64,000 bases of DNA from Octopus vulgaris (GCA_951406725.2 OX597834.1:4650001-4714000), one strand, 5' to 3'. Shown: positions 36,558-52,086, numbered from the stretch's first letter. Notes: generated from the letters alone by a model not told the origin. A program made the numbers and translations.

Positions 36558-39053
36558 GATTAACAATAAAGAAGTGAAATCGACTCGGCACATATGTTAT
36601 TGTTATTGGCGTAAAGACCCTACCAAGAGGCAACGAAATGTTTATTCAATTTATAATTAATGCTTGAAACAGGAGCTTGTCTTGATCAGCATTATTTGAA
36701 TTTTAGAAGTCTTTGACAGGAACAGCGTCATATATGAATCTTATTCCTAATCGGAAAGATAAACTGGTGGTCAATTTGATAAATTTCGTAGGGAAGAGAT
36801 TTTTTAACATTTCTTCAATGACTATTGGTCTTAAAATATACCTAAATAAAGAGGGTGTGAGATAAATAAATACGGAAGCACTATTAAATACTCATGGAGA
36901 AATATTCTTTGCAAAATTTCAAAATTTCATCGGAAACCGACGTAAAATATAAGAATTATTACAAGTGATTCCCTATTTCTTTGTTTCATCTAAAAAAACA
37001 AAAAACACAAAAAAAAAAACAATGCATTTTATCGAATTATTCTGTTGGAAATAAGTTGATGTGACAAACTGTCTAACTCTTAGCAGAATTCAAGTTGGTT
37101 TATGTATGTCTTACATTGTTTAGGATTATCTTCAAATTATTTATAGAGGAAAACTACATTGAAGGAAATAAATATATCATATCTACACTATAGAGAAAGA
37201 AGCCAGAAAAAGGTAAAAAAATATAATTAACATAATCTAATATCCCCCTTTTATGATAATAATCTTTGTTGGCGTTCATTTGTAAGCAGATTTACAGGAA
37301 GACTGTGTATTTATTGATAAAATAGAGAAAACAGAAATGAAAGCGTTGCATACAAATAGGATAACGATTTAGATAAAGAACGCTTTGTTTCTTGTCAAAC
37401 TTCGGAAAATCGCTTCATATTTCTCTACTAATGGAATTAAGTCCAAAGGACCTTGGTTTAAGAATGCAATCATGATAAATTCTTCAAGGCTAAGTTCAAC
37501 ATTTTCTTTCAGATTCTGGCATTTAGAGTGTTTATAATTTAGATTACGTTAAAGAGGCACTCGATATGGAATACATATGTAAAAGATTAATTTTAGCTTA
37601 AATAAACAGAGATAATTTTTTCTTTCAATATGCGATAACATAAGCATTTTCTATCGCCATTTTGTTTTACAAATGTTTTGCTTTGATTTTACTTTCCATT
37701 GTTAAATATTGTTTGGAAAATCTGTGTTAAAAGACTTTAAAATTTATTTCAAGATTACAAAGGAAGCCCGTTATCGTTCTTCATTCCGTGTATAACAGAA
37801 AGTGTATACGCGATGCAAATTTGATTACGATTCGGAGATAACGTATTTTAAAGAGTTTTGTTTTATCTGTTGCCTCGTCTCTCAAGAACTGACTTATAAC
37901 ATATTTCATATAGAAACGTTAATTGTCTCTCACCAAAGAGTTTCTCTTGCTCTGCAGAATTTCACTGATAACTAATGTTTATATTTTATGGTTGTTGTTC
38001 AGCGCCATAGCTCTATCACCAGAACGTTCGGTCAATGACGTTCTCGTTCAGGGCGTTACAACTTTCCACCTTACGTAGGGTGTAGACTATTATAGGATCA
38101 GATACGTGCTTCTTGTATTTTTTGACATCAAGGCGTGATTTGAGAGAAAACCTCAGTTCAATGAATGACAGGCATTTCATAGTAGTGGGGTCGTTTAGTA
38201 GTCTTGCATGCTATCATACTTTATATCTATGGCAGTAAATTAGAAAATGGGAAGACAATTAGAAAATGGGAGGTATATTAGAAAACAGCAAGTACTGGGA
38301 AGAGAAACAGAATTTTCGAGTCGATTGGATGTGAGATTAAATCATGTCAATACTTTCAGAGTCACTAATCCCGAAATAGTGCTCTACTCAACATCACAAT
38401 GGTAGTTTGTTTGAAATGGCAGAAAGTAAGGTTTACTGAAGCATATATAGTAAACAGAAAGATTTTGCTTTTAGAAAATGTATAAAAAAGCCCTTTGGTT
38501 GTATATATATTAAAAATATACTGAAATGCGTTTAAAATTAATGAAATAATTGTATGTGTGTTTAAAAGCTAATAGTTTACATGTATGAATATTTCTATTT
38601 TATTTTGCTATCTATCTATCCTTGCTACTCTAGACTGACGGTGGGCAAGACCCAGAAACATGCGTGTCTCTAGATGCAGGCCAAGCTGTTGGGGGTGTTT
38701 GTCTCCCCTTCGTAAATATATTAGGACACAGTAAATGTGTCAAGGCCGACAGGAAGCGTCGATGCTTCCTAGGGCTAAATAGCGGTGGTGTAATTCCCTT
38801 ACGGGACTGTCACGTTAAGTTGACAGTATACAGCCACTCTATCCATTCATAGTTCTTAAGTAATCCCTCATGTTCCAGCTAGTGGCCGACAATGAAACCA
38901 ATTTAGTAGGAGGAAAAATGACTAATAATAAATAAGTACTGTATTTCTGTATACGTGTTATTGCATATCGTGGAGGAAGACGGATTCAAGAAGGAATAAG
39001 TATATAATGTAAATATCAGACCGAGTTTGAAATTGATCAACTTAAGTACATAA

Positions 39054-39474
39054 TTCTCTTTTACTTGTTTCACATAATTTACTGTGGCCATGCTGGAGCA
39101 CCGCCTTTAGTCGAACAAATCGACCCCAGAACTTATTCTTAGTAAGCCTAGTACTTATTCTATCGTTCTGTTTTGCCGAACCGCTTAGTTACGGGGACGT
39201 AAACACACCAGCATCGGTTGTCAAGCGATGTTGGGGGGAACAAACACAGACAAACAAATATATACACAAACATACATATATATATACATATATATATGTA
39301 CATATATACGACGGGCTTCTTTCAGTTTCCGTCTACCAAATCCACTCACAAGGCTTTGGTCGGCTCGAGGCTATGGTAAAAGACACTTGCCCAAGGTGCC
39401 ACGCAGTGGGACTGAACCCGGAACCATGTGGTTGGTAAGCAAGCTACTTACACACAAACAACCATTCCTACGCC
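39054..39474 (-). mobile_element. SINE family A
   Basis: Same structure as 2970-3415. Confidence 0.92.
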
Positions 39475-39710
39475 TATAATTAATAATATGCAGAATATTA
39501 TATAGCTTAAATATAATACTTGTTACGCAGTTAATTACTAGTGTCACAGCCCCAGAAAATTTTGTGCAGCTCACAAGATGGGATGAACAAATAATTTCTG
39601 CAAATGTTGTCTATTAACCAGAGTACAAGAAAAAGAAATGGGTGAGAATTTTGGAAGTGTGATAGAAGTAATCCAAATTGGTTCCATACAACTACATATG
39701 TATAAAGGTA

Positions 39711-40009
39711 CTAGCAGTATCGCCCGGCGTTGCTCGGGTTTGTAAGGAAAATAACTATATAAGCATTTTTAGAGAGTCACTTCCTTTATATAACAGCAAA
39801 AAAATGCATTAAAAATGGGAAAAATTGATGGTAAATTTTTTTTTAAATCGTAGACTCATCGTAGACGCGTTCTAATACCCAGAAGGGCTCGATATGAATC
39901 ACGAATATAAGTTACTCGGTTTTGGTTAAACTGCACCGCAAAATGTGGGAGTAGTTAGGAATCTAAATCGTAGGAGACAGACACACAACCTTACTTTTAT
40001 ATATAAAGG
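39711..40009 (-). mobile_element. Non-autonomous Helitron (short variant)
   Basis: Reverse complement of 49661-50058 lacking one internal repeat; CTAG end and CCCGAGCAACGCCGGG hairpin. Confidence 0.85.
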
Positions 40010-40788
40010 TATATCACTCTTGAGCATTGATTGTAACGTCTTGCACAATATTACCATTGCGAAGTATCAGAAAACACATTCGTTCTTTACTTTACTTGGA
40101 AAGCGTAATCCACAAATGATGGTTACTGCTCTTCAAGAAGGCATGAGATAAGCTTGTCTTTTGGCTCTGTAAATTCCTGGCTTCTTCAATTCTCTTGCCT
40201 TATGATAATCTCCTTGTCTCTTCATTTTTCCACTTTTGTAGTTTGCCAGATATTCACAAAGTGAAAATCCTATTTTTTCTTGTATAATAACACACTCACA
40301 CTGCATTATATATGTTTTGACATTTGTGCTTTTGCAATATGACTTGTTTACTAAATCTTGCAGGCGTGTGACTCCATAAGGTCTCCCTCACTACCTCAGC
40401 CGGTGTAAAATAAATTTGAGATGTCAAATAATGGTGTCTATCATTAAGTCATATTGGGAAGGCTTGATTTGGGTTCATACGCAAGGGGAGAGTTAGTTTT
40501 TAATGGGATCTGTAAGGAAGCTAAAAGTTAGATCCATTTTCTGTTAGTTTCTGGTCCCGACTCAGTAACTTTCATACTTGTTTTCTAAACTTACATTAAG
40601 CTGTTTTCTTTCATCGTTCGTTATAAAGCAGCGATGTGTAAGTAACTTACTTTGAAATGATATAAGAAATTGTTGTATTAAGGAATGGTCACTTTACCAG
40701 TTTAGCCAATAAAAACACACGCACTATATATTTGGTGTCACTTTGCTTCAGTGTTATCTATTTTTTACATTAATCTTAATCTTACTTC

Positions 40789-40832
40789 GGCCAGAGTTCA
40801 TTCGTCACACTTCTGTGACCTCATCAGTGGTC
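40789..40832 (-). ncRNA. Hammerhead-like motif with one core substitution
   Basis: Minus GACCA-CTGATGA-G-GTCACA-GAAG-TGTGAC-GAAT-G-AA-CTC-TGGCC; perfect 6-bp helix II; A15.1 replaced by T. Confidence 0.62.
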
Positions 40833-41418
40833 CTTTGCTTTCTTCTTTCTTATTTGTGTGTCTCTTCTTACTAATGGTCAGCCATTGTATTTTGTAATCC
40901 TATTGTATGTGTCTTCATTTGCTTCCAGAAATAATATTTTAGGTGGTTTCTGCCCGTTGAAGGTTTTGAACATTTAAATACGATAATATATTTAAAAGTA
41001 TCATAATTGTTGAATTGACTCTAGTAGAATCGAGACAAGAAAGGTTTCAAAGATCTACATGCTGAAATGTATTTGATTTCTGAATCCAACAGACGGTGCA
41101 TAATTTTTACGTGATACAGCATTTGGCTTTACAGTTCCTAAAATACACCTCATATAACATTTATGTTAGATGTAAAATATCTATTGCTGTTTTCTTTTGA
41201 TTTAGAGCCATTGTATAAGTATAAGAAAACAGTAACTTTTGATTAATGATTGTTTGAATTGTATATGGAGGTGGCAAAAGGAGAGAATCAGCAGGAATTG
41301 TATCTTCACAATTATCAACAGACATTTGTGTGAATAATTATATTTCATATTTTATCTTTCATCTTTACTTGTTTCACGGGTTTTGGCGGGGCAACTAAAC
41401 CCCAGTACTTATTTTTAA

Positions 41419-41637
41419 CCCTTTCGCATTCAGATTAATCTACCAAATGAAATGGTTATGCATTCACGTTGCTTTCAATTAATCATGCATTATTTCATAG
41501 CTTTGGGATTTCGACGTGTGATTGTTTACATTTAGAATGACATTGTAGGGTAGGTGTGAGAGGCGAAATCTGGCAAGTTTGAACATAAGATAGGTAGAAT
41601 ATTTAGGCCGGATATGGCCGGTTTAAATGCTAAAGGG
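41419..41637. mobile_element. piggyBac-like MITE nested in a degenerate minus-strand SINE A (about 41365-41760)
   Basis: TTAA-CCCTTTCGCATT...AATGCTAAAGGG-ATAA; SINE A sequence resumes on both sides. Confidence 0.65.
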
Positions 41638-42519
41638 ATAAGCTTGCTACTAATTCCTTCTGTCTCTTATACCAAACTGCCAAGTCATGGGGACATAAAC
41701 AAACCAACACCGGTTCTCAAGCGGTGGTGGGGAACAAACACAAACATATACATACATATATAAATTAAAGAGTGTAGGAAATGGAGAAGGCAAGTCCGTA
41801 CTACCCATGTCGCTAATCCAATCTGAACTTATCTTGTGTAACTCCAATTCCCGTTTCATTGCCTTGTTTTAACAGACCTTGCCCCATTTGTTCCCACCGT
41901 CTCCCTTCTCCCGATGCCTACCCTCCTCCTTTAATAAACTGACCTTCTAAAGAACATTCTATTCTCTCAAATGTTGCTTGCCTGCTGATGAATTTCATTT
42001 GGCATTTGACTTAGCTGTTTCCTCCTACCATTCTGTTGTGGCCAAAATTAGAGAATCTTCGCTTCTCTCTTTGCGACAATGCTTTACACCCGTAGTTAAT
42101 ACGACCTGAAGAAAATCTGAGCTGCCTATATATGTGTTGCATCTTTTGATTACGTATAACCTGTTCAGATTGGTTTGAAAAGATGTGTAATATTGATTGG
42201 CCTTCTCCATTCCCCAGACTCTTTAATTTATAATTGCATAATTAGAAATCTTCGTTGCATAGTCGCAGTCATATTATCGAAGTCGCTATCGAATTCGATA
42301 TGGAATGAAATATATCACATGGATTACATTCGTTGATTAATAAACCTTTTCGATCTAGTATCACCAGCTTTATGTCAATTGTACAAAAACCTGTACATGC
42401 TTACTAAGTACCTGTACCAAGACGTTTTGGGGGATCACACTGCTCCACGACTACACACGTATACACACAACACACACGCAGACCCCGTCCCCCACACACG
42501 TCTATATACAATGTATGCA

Positions 42520-42670
42520 ATGCGTTTCTTTCAGTTACTGTCGATCAAATCTACTTTCAAGGCTCTGTTTGGCTCGGGGCTATAGTAGAAAACCCTTTCT
42601 CGAGATGCAACGCAGTGGGAGTGAACTTGCAGCCAGGATTGGAAACCTAAACTTCTTACCACACAGTCAC
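42520..42670 (-). mobile_element. SINE family A 5' half, degenerate
   Basis: TTCTTTCAGTT..GGCTATAGTAGAA..CTTACCACACAG. Confidence 0.7.
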
Positions 42671-43250
42671 GCAAAATTACGCAATAATACATTATATGTA
42701 ATAAAATATGCAATAGTAGTAATTTATCTTTCAATGGGAGCTTGAGATGTCAGCTTCAGAGATTCTTAAATAAGTTATATGTATTTGGGCCAATATGCTG
42801 AGTCAACCACTTTGAAATATTAACATTTTTTTATTGCGCTGTATTTGTTTCATTTATTATATATTATTGTATAAGTTGCATACTCAGTAGCGTGATCAAT
42901 ATATTTCGCCTTCTTTGTGAATATTCGGCATATACACATCAGATGCTAGCGAGTGGCTTATTATGAGAAGCCCTGATGAGATAACGCTTGGTGCTCTAAG
43001 TATTGACATGTCACATAAACTAAAAATATAGGATCCATTACGTCTTAATTTTTCATTTCATGTATTCAAGTTGATAATAAATCATTTTATTAAATACTTA
43101 ACTTTGATGTTATTTAGTGAATGTATTGTTTCCTGCTACCGACGTTGTTAGTTGTTGCGTTATGACAGTGGAGTTGTAAAATGTAATACAACTGCGACCC
43201 AGTTTCAATATATCTTTCTGCCTCCGTTTGGTCTAAATAGATATTATTAA

Positions 43251-43640
43251 CTAGCAGTATCGCCCGGCATTGCTCGGGTTTGTAAGGGAAATAACTATAT
43301 AAGTATTTTTAGAGAGTTATAGCCAAAATATAGCAAAAAAAATGCATTAAAAATGGAAAAAAAATGATGGTAAATTTTTTTTTAATCGTTGACTCAACGT
43401 AAACATTTTTAGAGAGTTACTTCCCTTATATAATAATGAAAAAATGCATTAAAATGGAAAAAAATGATGGTAAATTATTTTAAAAATCGTAGACTCGTCT
43501 AATACCCAGAAGGGCTCGATATGAATCACGACTATAAGATACCCGGTTTTGTTTAAACTGCACCGCAAAATGTGGGAGTAGTTAGGAATCTAAATCGTAG
43601 GAGACAGACACTCACACAACTTCACTTTTATATATAAAGA
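43251..43640 (-). mobile_element. Non-autonomous Helitron
   Basis: Reverse complement of 49661-50058; TC...CTAG termini. Confidence 0.87.
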
Positions 43641-43887
43641 TTAGTTTTGACCGTACAAATAAAGAATTTATTAGATGTTCGTTGTGCACCGAACTTAAAA
43701 TCGTGCTGTATTTTATATATAAGCCGACCTCAACTTTGTTTTTAGCAATCCCTGGTCAAAATTATAAAATAACTAGCCCAGTTCTGAAAACCTCAAAGTA
43801 TTTTACCTCAAAGTATTTTACCTCAAAGAAATACCTCAAAGTATTTTACCTTTTACTAATGTTCAAAATCAATGTTATTTTCCAATT

Positions 43888-44063
43888 TCTCCTCCTCTTC
43901 CACCTCCTCCTCCCCTTCTTCTTCTTCTTCTTCTTCTTCTTCTTCTTCTTCTACCTCTTCTTCCTCTTGTTCTTGTTCTTGTTCTTTTTCTTCATCTTCT
44001 TCTTCTTCTTCTTCTTCTTCTTCTTCTTCATCTTCTTCTTCTTCTTCTTCATCTTCTTCTTCA

Positions 44064-44110
<47 letters not shown>

Positions 44111-44148
44111 TTCTTCTTCTTCTTCTTCTTCTTCTTCTTCTTCTTCTC
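43888..44148. repeat. (CTT)n polypyrimidine tract
   Basis: Direct reading. Confidence 0.96.
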
Positions 44149-44507
44149 CAAAAAAAATCTTTTTCTTATAACCTGTTGTGATTTTATTCGTCAGTGTGTG
44201 CTTTTGGAACGGCGGTCGTGGTTACTGCAGCGTTCGTTAACCCAGCGTTTGTTTAGTAAAATATTTCTGGGTTTTCTCTTTGTTCGGATGCACATTCCTG
44301 ATATACGCAGACATTAATTTCCATACTTTTGGCTTTTTCAAAAAAAAACAAAACAAAAAACAAACAAACAAACAAACTAAAAACAAGTAAATAAATAAAA
44401 TAAAATAAAAAAAGCAAACCAAGTTGCTAATAGCAGACATATTGCGAAGAAGATTTATACATGCTCAATTTAATATCTAACTCACAGCATTTTTCAATTT
44501 TCCAATG

Positions 44508-45040
<533 letters not shown>

Positions 45041-46139
45041 TTTTTTTTTAATATAATAAATTGAACTGACGTCCGATATTTAGGTTTTAAGCGATTTCAA
45101 TTCATTCTTACGCAGAGAAACACTGCACACGAAAGGAAAGAACTTATAATCAGCCATGAAACGCACGTACACTTGCACACACATACACACATTTCATAAA
45201 CACAGATAAAACAAATACAAATATAGATACACAGAATATTAACATTCGTAATCCACTTGCTCCACATACATATTTAGATTTAGTTATGATTGCATACGAA
45301 AATATATATTTCAGAAACATACGCAATATATTCGTATGATTTTTTTCAGACTATAGATATATGAATTTACATATACGATTGAACATATATATCTTGTTTG
45401 CATTTCAAATTTTTACTGTATACTTTCTTTGTTCGTGTGTGATTTCCAAACGAATCGAAGAAGTTGTACATGTTTTTTGTTTCTACTTTTTCCTTTATGG
45501 ATGGATAAGTTTTTAAATATCTCAAAAAGGAAGTTGTTTGTAACTCAATGAGAAAAAGTCACAGAAACTAATGCGAAATATGAAAACAAAATGCCTTGAA
45601 CAATAACAACGTATCTAAAGAGAAAAAAAAAACACAAAACAGATGCAAAAATTATTATGGTGGATTATGTATTTTTTACATTAAAAAAATTGTTTAACTA
45701 AGTTGTATGTCAATCATTCTAAATCTACCGATCGAGAAGTAATCTGAGAAATAAAGAAATAAGTGGACCAATATCAAAATAAAATTGTAACTGCATACTA
45801 TCATTTTCTTTAGCTTAGAGGCGCATGTATATGCATACACACATACATGGATACGTGCGTATGTGCAGACAGACAGACACACATATATATGTATACACAC
45901 ACACATATATATATGTATACACAAACACATATATATGTATACACACACACGCACACATATATATATGTATATATACACAAAATATGTGTATCTATATACA
46001 CACATATATATACATATATACACCTATATTTATTCAATTTTCTACACACACGGATATATATGCATATACAAACAATTGCACACACATTGCACACACACAT
46101 GCACGCACACACACACGCACACATATTGTTGTACCTGCA

Positions 46140-47440
46140 AGGATCTAGAGTCTAGTTTCATGTAACCTCATCGGACATCTTCCAGAAACTACAATTGCTA
46201 AAAATTCCATTGTCCCTATAGCAGACCATTTATGCAAATGATCTAAAGTTGCACTACCTAAGCTCATCAACAACTGAAGCGATTGTTGGGATCTGCCCAT
46301 AACAGGCATTATTTCTTTTATTATAAATCTCTCCATACATCAACGAAGTGATGAATAACCGCATTACCAAACTACCCCTTGAAATGAATCCTACCGTCAA
46401 GAGTGAAGCAGAATTAGAAATATTTCCAGACACAGCCCAGCTCTGACGTTTTCTAGAGACTGTACAGCGTTTGAGGAAACCTATGTTCCGCATATTCTAG
46501 TTATATCGCCAGTGTACAGTTTCATCAAAAGGAGATTTAGAATCCAAGCTGAAATCTTAGGTCCCATCTTGTCCTTATAATGTTGCTGAGCCTCAAAGAA
46601 AAAGCCGTTGTAAGCTAAAAGGGGGTAAAAGGATATGTATTTCACTACTGCACACAAGGGGCTAAACACAGAGGGGACAAACGGATTATGTCGATTACAT
46701 CGACCCCAGGGCGTAACTGATGCTTAATTTATCGACCCCGAAAGGATGAAAGGCAAAGTCGACCTACGCAGATCCCAGACCAGTGTCAAATGTTCCCCAT
46801 GATCTATAGAATTCAAACACTTCTAAAGTTTTCTGAGATACCATAAACTCAAAGCCCAGCAACTTAACAGACCAAAAAGGAACCTAGACGGATTATGTCA
46901 GTTTAAAATTCTAATCAACCAAGATGTCAGCTCACTCTCAGTCAATTCTCGAAAGACTTCGCAGAAGTGCTGGGTCGGTAATTAATCAAATCAATTTATT
47001 TTAGTTTAGCTTCTGAAAAATCTGCTACTGCCAAATCTTCCGTTATATAATCATAGGGTCAAAGGTGATTCATAACATCATCGGAGAAGCTCCAAAACTC
47101 CTTGAAGCAGAAAATTAACGACAATGTGTCGTCTCCATTTGAATGCGTATGGGGGAATCACGTCAGATTCTGGTCACAACTCGTTTGATAGGATAAACGT
47201 AGACGTTTATATTAAAGTTGGACATTCAATTCTGTATTTAATGTATCTTGTCATTAGGGTCCAGATATATATAGATAATGTTTTTGTATATTGTAAAGAT
47301 ATCAGGGCATTTCGATTTTGTAGCCATTTTCTAGATATGTTTTGTTAAATCCTGACCCGTTGTAGTTTAGACTTCACAATGTTTACAACGGTATCTAAAC
47401 AACTAAAATTGTGTATCTTACTATAGAAAGTTATGCTATC
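46140..47440 (-). pseudogene. Decayed CR1-like LINE reverse transcriptase remnant, interrupted by SINE B (46645-46765, minus)
   Basis: Minus-strand FSDDV (FADD-like) near 47080 and KLYT..LEYA near 46500; many stops. Confidence 0.42.
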
Positions 47441-48049
47441 AGCATGAGAAATAAGATCAAAATATAAAGTGAGTTTTTAATATAAATTATGATAGCTTTG
47501 CCAGACCACTGAATTAAAAACAGAGCTGCCATCGGGTTGCTTTCCGCGTTTGTTATGTGTTTGGGATATAAAATAGCTTAATTTTATCTCGTAGATATTA
47601 TGTGTCTGTCTAGCCGATGCGTCGGGCTATAAGACAAGCTGGTTCACATTTTCCCCGGTTAGAGCCTGGGGTGGGAATATACATTATGGAAGATGCTAGA
47701 TGTGAAAGAATCTGAAGACTAAGAAATCGATTTATTAGCAGCGATTGCATACTGCTTAGTAGGGTGTATAAGTGAAGAACATAAACTTACAGACATGCTT
47801 AGCAAAAAAAAAAAAGTGATTCAGTAAGCATATTTTGATGCAAAGAAATTTACATGGGCAGCAAATGTGTGCTCAAATTAGTGACACTCTAATTGCAGCA
47901 CCAAATATTCTTGGCAGAATATTCAAGAATTGCATAAATAAAAATGCCAATTTGTTTCTAGGATAAAGTATTTATCTTGGACATTTTAGCAAAGTATACA
48001 TCATGAGCATTGAGATGTTTCTTAAGCAATATTCTGCTAAACACGACAT

Positions 48050-48955
<906 letters not shown>

Positions 48956-49589
48956 GTCAATCATAAAATAGGAAGCTGTAAAAAATAATATTCAGAAAAC
49001 AAAAACAAAAACAAAATCAAATTTGTAGCATTTGTTTGTCTGGATGTTTAACGGTAAATCTCTTTGGATTACGCCAATTGATTGTTTGCAGATAAATATG
49101 GATTTGTAGAGCAAAAATGAATAAAAAGTTAAAATAAAGATGGAATATAATCCACTTAACTGAATCGTGTTTGGTCTCTCCTAGAGAAATACTATATATG
49201 AACCGAAAGAAAACAGAAGGGAATGAAGAAATGTAGATAAAGGGGAGGATGCATTTACTCAAAATATATTATTTGATTCTAGAACAAAGCAGCAGCAAAT
49301 TTCCATTTATAAAGCTATGTAAAATATATGAAAACAACCCACGTCGTGGAACATAAGATGGGGCCAAACAGAGGAGATGAACAGGAGAATCATCAGTAAC
49401 ATGTGAATATTCTATGGTGAGTATGCCTTATGCAAAATATTTCTTTAAGCAAGTGCAGAAGGTGCTGTTTTTACCGCCGCTATGCTTGCAAGCGAGTGCG
49501 AACTTGTGACTACGTCATTTGATACTTAAACTACAGTCACTGTTTTATTTTCTCTTCCTTCCTTCCTTCCTTCCTTCCTTTCTTTCTTC

Positions 49590-49645
<56 letters not shown>

Positions 49646-49660
49646 GCTTATATATATATA

Positions 49661-50058
49661 TCTTTATATATAAAAGTCAAGTTGTGTGTCTGTCTCCTAC
49701 GATTTAGATTCCTAACTACTCCCACATTTTGCGGTGCAGTGTAACCAAAAGCGGGTATCTTATAGTCATGATTCATATCGAGCCCGTCTGAGTATTAGCG
49801 CGCGTCTACGATGAGTCTACGATTTAAAAAATAATTTACCATAATTTTTTTCCATTTTAATGCATTTTTTCGGTATTATATAAGGGAAGTAACTCTCTAA
49901 AAATTTTTACGATGAGTCAACGATTAAAAAAAAATTTACTATCATTTTGTTTCCATTTTTAATGCATTTTTTTTGCTATTTTTTGGCTATAACTCTCTAA
50001 AAATGCTTATATAGTTATTTCCCTTACAAACCCGAGAAACGCCGGGCGATACTGCTAG
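49661..50058 (+). mobile_element. Non-autonomous Helitron
   Basis: A|TC 5' end, CCCGAGAAACGCCGGG hairpin a few bases before CTAG|T, no target-site duplication; paralogs at 39711 and 43251. Confidence 0.87.
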
Positions 50059-50330
50059 TATATATATAAACAAAAATATTTTATTTAGTATATTTTCATT
50101 TGTCTTGCTTATTTTTTACGCTTTGTTTTTTTTGCTGAGTTTTTTTCTTGAGAACACATTCTTCGTGGAAAATAGCGATTTTGACGTCTATATCTAGCAT
50201 ATTGACTGTCCACTTTTAGTGGTCAGTCCTTTAAATTTTTGTATGTAAAAAAATATTTTAATCTTCGGATTTTTTAATATATGCTAGGCCACTGGTTTTA
50301 ATTAATTAATATCAATTTCTACCCTTATTC

Positions 50331-50393
<63 letters not shown>

Positions 50394-50398
50394 TATGG

Positions 50399-50541
50399 AA
50401 TAATTATCAATTACACCAAGTAGTCTTCGGCATGTGGTAAGGCAATTCGTTGCTAAACCCTTTATTGCTTAGTATTACTTAAATTTTCCTCGAATGAGGC
50501 TTTTACATGCCGAAGACTACTTGGTGTAATTGATAATTATT
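50399..50541. repeat. Perfect ~38-bp inverted repeat; related to the 545-bp unit family
   Basis: AATAATTATCAATTACACCAAGTAGTCTTCGGCATGT and its reverse complement. Confidence 0.88.
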
Positions 50542-50627
50542 AGGGGCTGGTGACACAATCCTTTCATTCACACTTTGAATTTGGTGATACTAGTTGCGGA
50601 TTCTAGCTCGCTCTGATACTAACTCGC

Positions 50628-50748
50628 ACTGCACCGCAAAATGTGGGAGTAGTTAGGAATCTAAATCGTAGGAGACAGACACACAACTTGACTTTTATAT
50701 ATAAAGATATATATATAAGCGAAGAAAGAAAGAAAGAAAGAAAGAAAG
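50628..50748 (-). repeat. Inverted duplication of 49620-49741 (Helitron 5' end plus its flank)
   Basis: Includes flanking AAGCGAAG(AAAG)n that is not part of other Helitron copies. Confidence 0.85.
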
Positions 50749-52086
50749 TTGAGTTGGTGCCCTCTAGTATATATATATATATATAATTGAAGAAGGGTAG
50801 AAATTGGCCTAGCATATATATAGGAGTGGGGGTGTTTGTATGTGGGCTTTTGTGTGTGAAATGTTAGAAATCAAGATATATACGCATGGTAAAATATATT
50901 GAAAATATAGGAGAAATTCAAAATGTTATGCTCGAAAAGTAATGTTTATGTATTAAATCGGTTTCGCGCTTTAAAATGTTTGCATGGTGTTGGAAGTAAC
51001 GATCTTATAATTTTATATCATAATTCGTTGTTGGTGATCTTGTTTCTTGTGGAATATTCTTCTCATTTTTAAAAAAAAATTGTGACAATTATGAAGTTAA
51101 TTAAAATTAATGAAACGTAAATAAAATTAATTCGCATTAATTAAATATCACTGTAATTATAATTAACTATTTGTGCATATTTAAGCGCGGCCGATATTCT
51201 TTTAGTAAATGCTATCTGCTAAATTTCATGAGACACGATCCAGATATGCTGAATCGACTTCCAAAACCACGATCAATCAAAAGGCACTGCCTTACGACTA
51301 TAGAAAAGAATCGATAAAATTCTGATTGTATAATTATGCGAAATAATTACACGAGGGAATTTAAAAAAAAACATGGATTTAAATGTTGTCTGCAAAATAA
51401 CTATTTCATTTCTAATGTCAACTATTACAGAAAATAATTTGGAACTGAAATTGGTAGGATGTTAGCTCCTTGATATGGAAGTTTTGTAGGATATTTGAAG
51501 ACTGCAATGTATCAAGAATTGAAAGAGAATAAGGAGAACTTTCCATCAATATACAAAAGGGAGCTGATTAAGTTTTCTAAATGGTTGATGTTGAAATGAA
51601 ATCTTAGAGAAATTAAATGAATGCAAAATTCTGCTAAATGTAATAATAACGTAATTTAAATGAGAGTTGAACACAAGATTAAGACAAACATATTTTATCG
51701 CCCTGGAAGAAGTATCTACAATTTACATCGTGTCACTAAAAAACGCAAAAACAAATATTTCTTATAATTTAGCGCAAAGGATATACACGATGGCATATAA
51801 GTACCTGCGAGTTAAGACAGAGAGTATGTATTGATCTTCTCAAGACAATGGAAGTGCTGTTTTTAAAACAACAAAAACAAAATATCTATAAAAATGATGC
51901 CAACGAAAAAGGTACCAAATTCTATGCAACAAGAGCAACAGAAAAGTCAAATTGTGTGAGCGACGCAGTTATGCAATTTTCTTACCGAATTCGAAGGTTT
52001 TCAATTTTAGTTGAAACAAGAACAAAACTTCAAAATTACCAAGATATTACCTTTGCAATATGTAACGTAGTTTACGAAAAGCAGCT

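Noticed and set aside
41760-42420. RTE-like LINE remnant on the minus strand (TYIGS motif)
   Set aside because: Only one short motif; too weak to call
42973-42995. CTGATGA as hammerhead core
   Set aside because: No helix II followed by GAAA
43682-44317. 211-aa ORF
   Set aside because: Poly-Phe produced by (CTT)n
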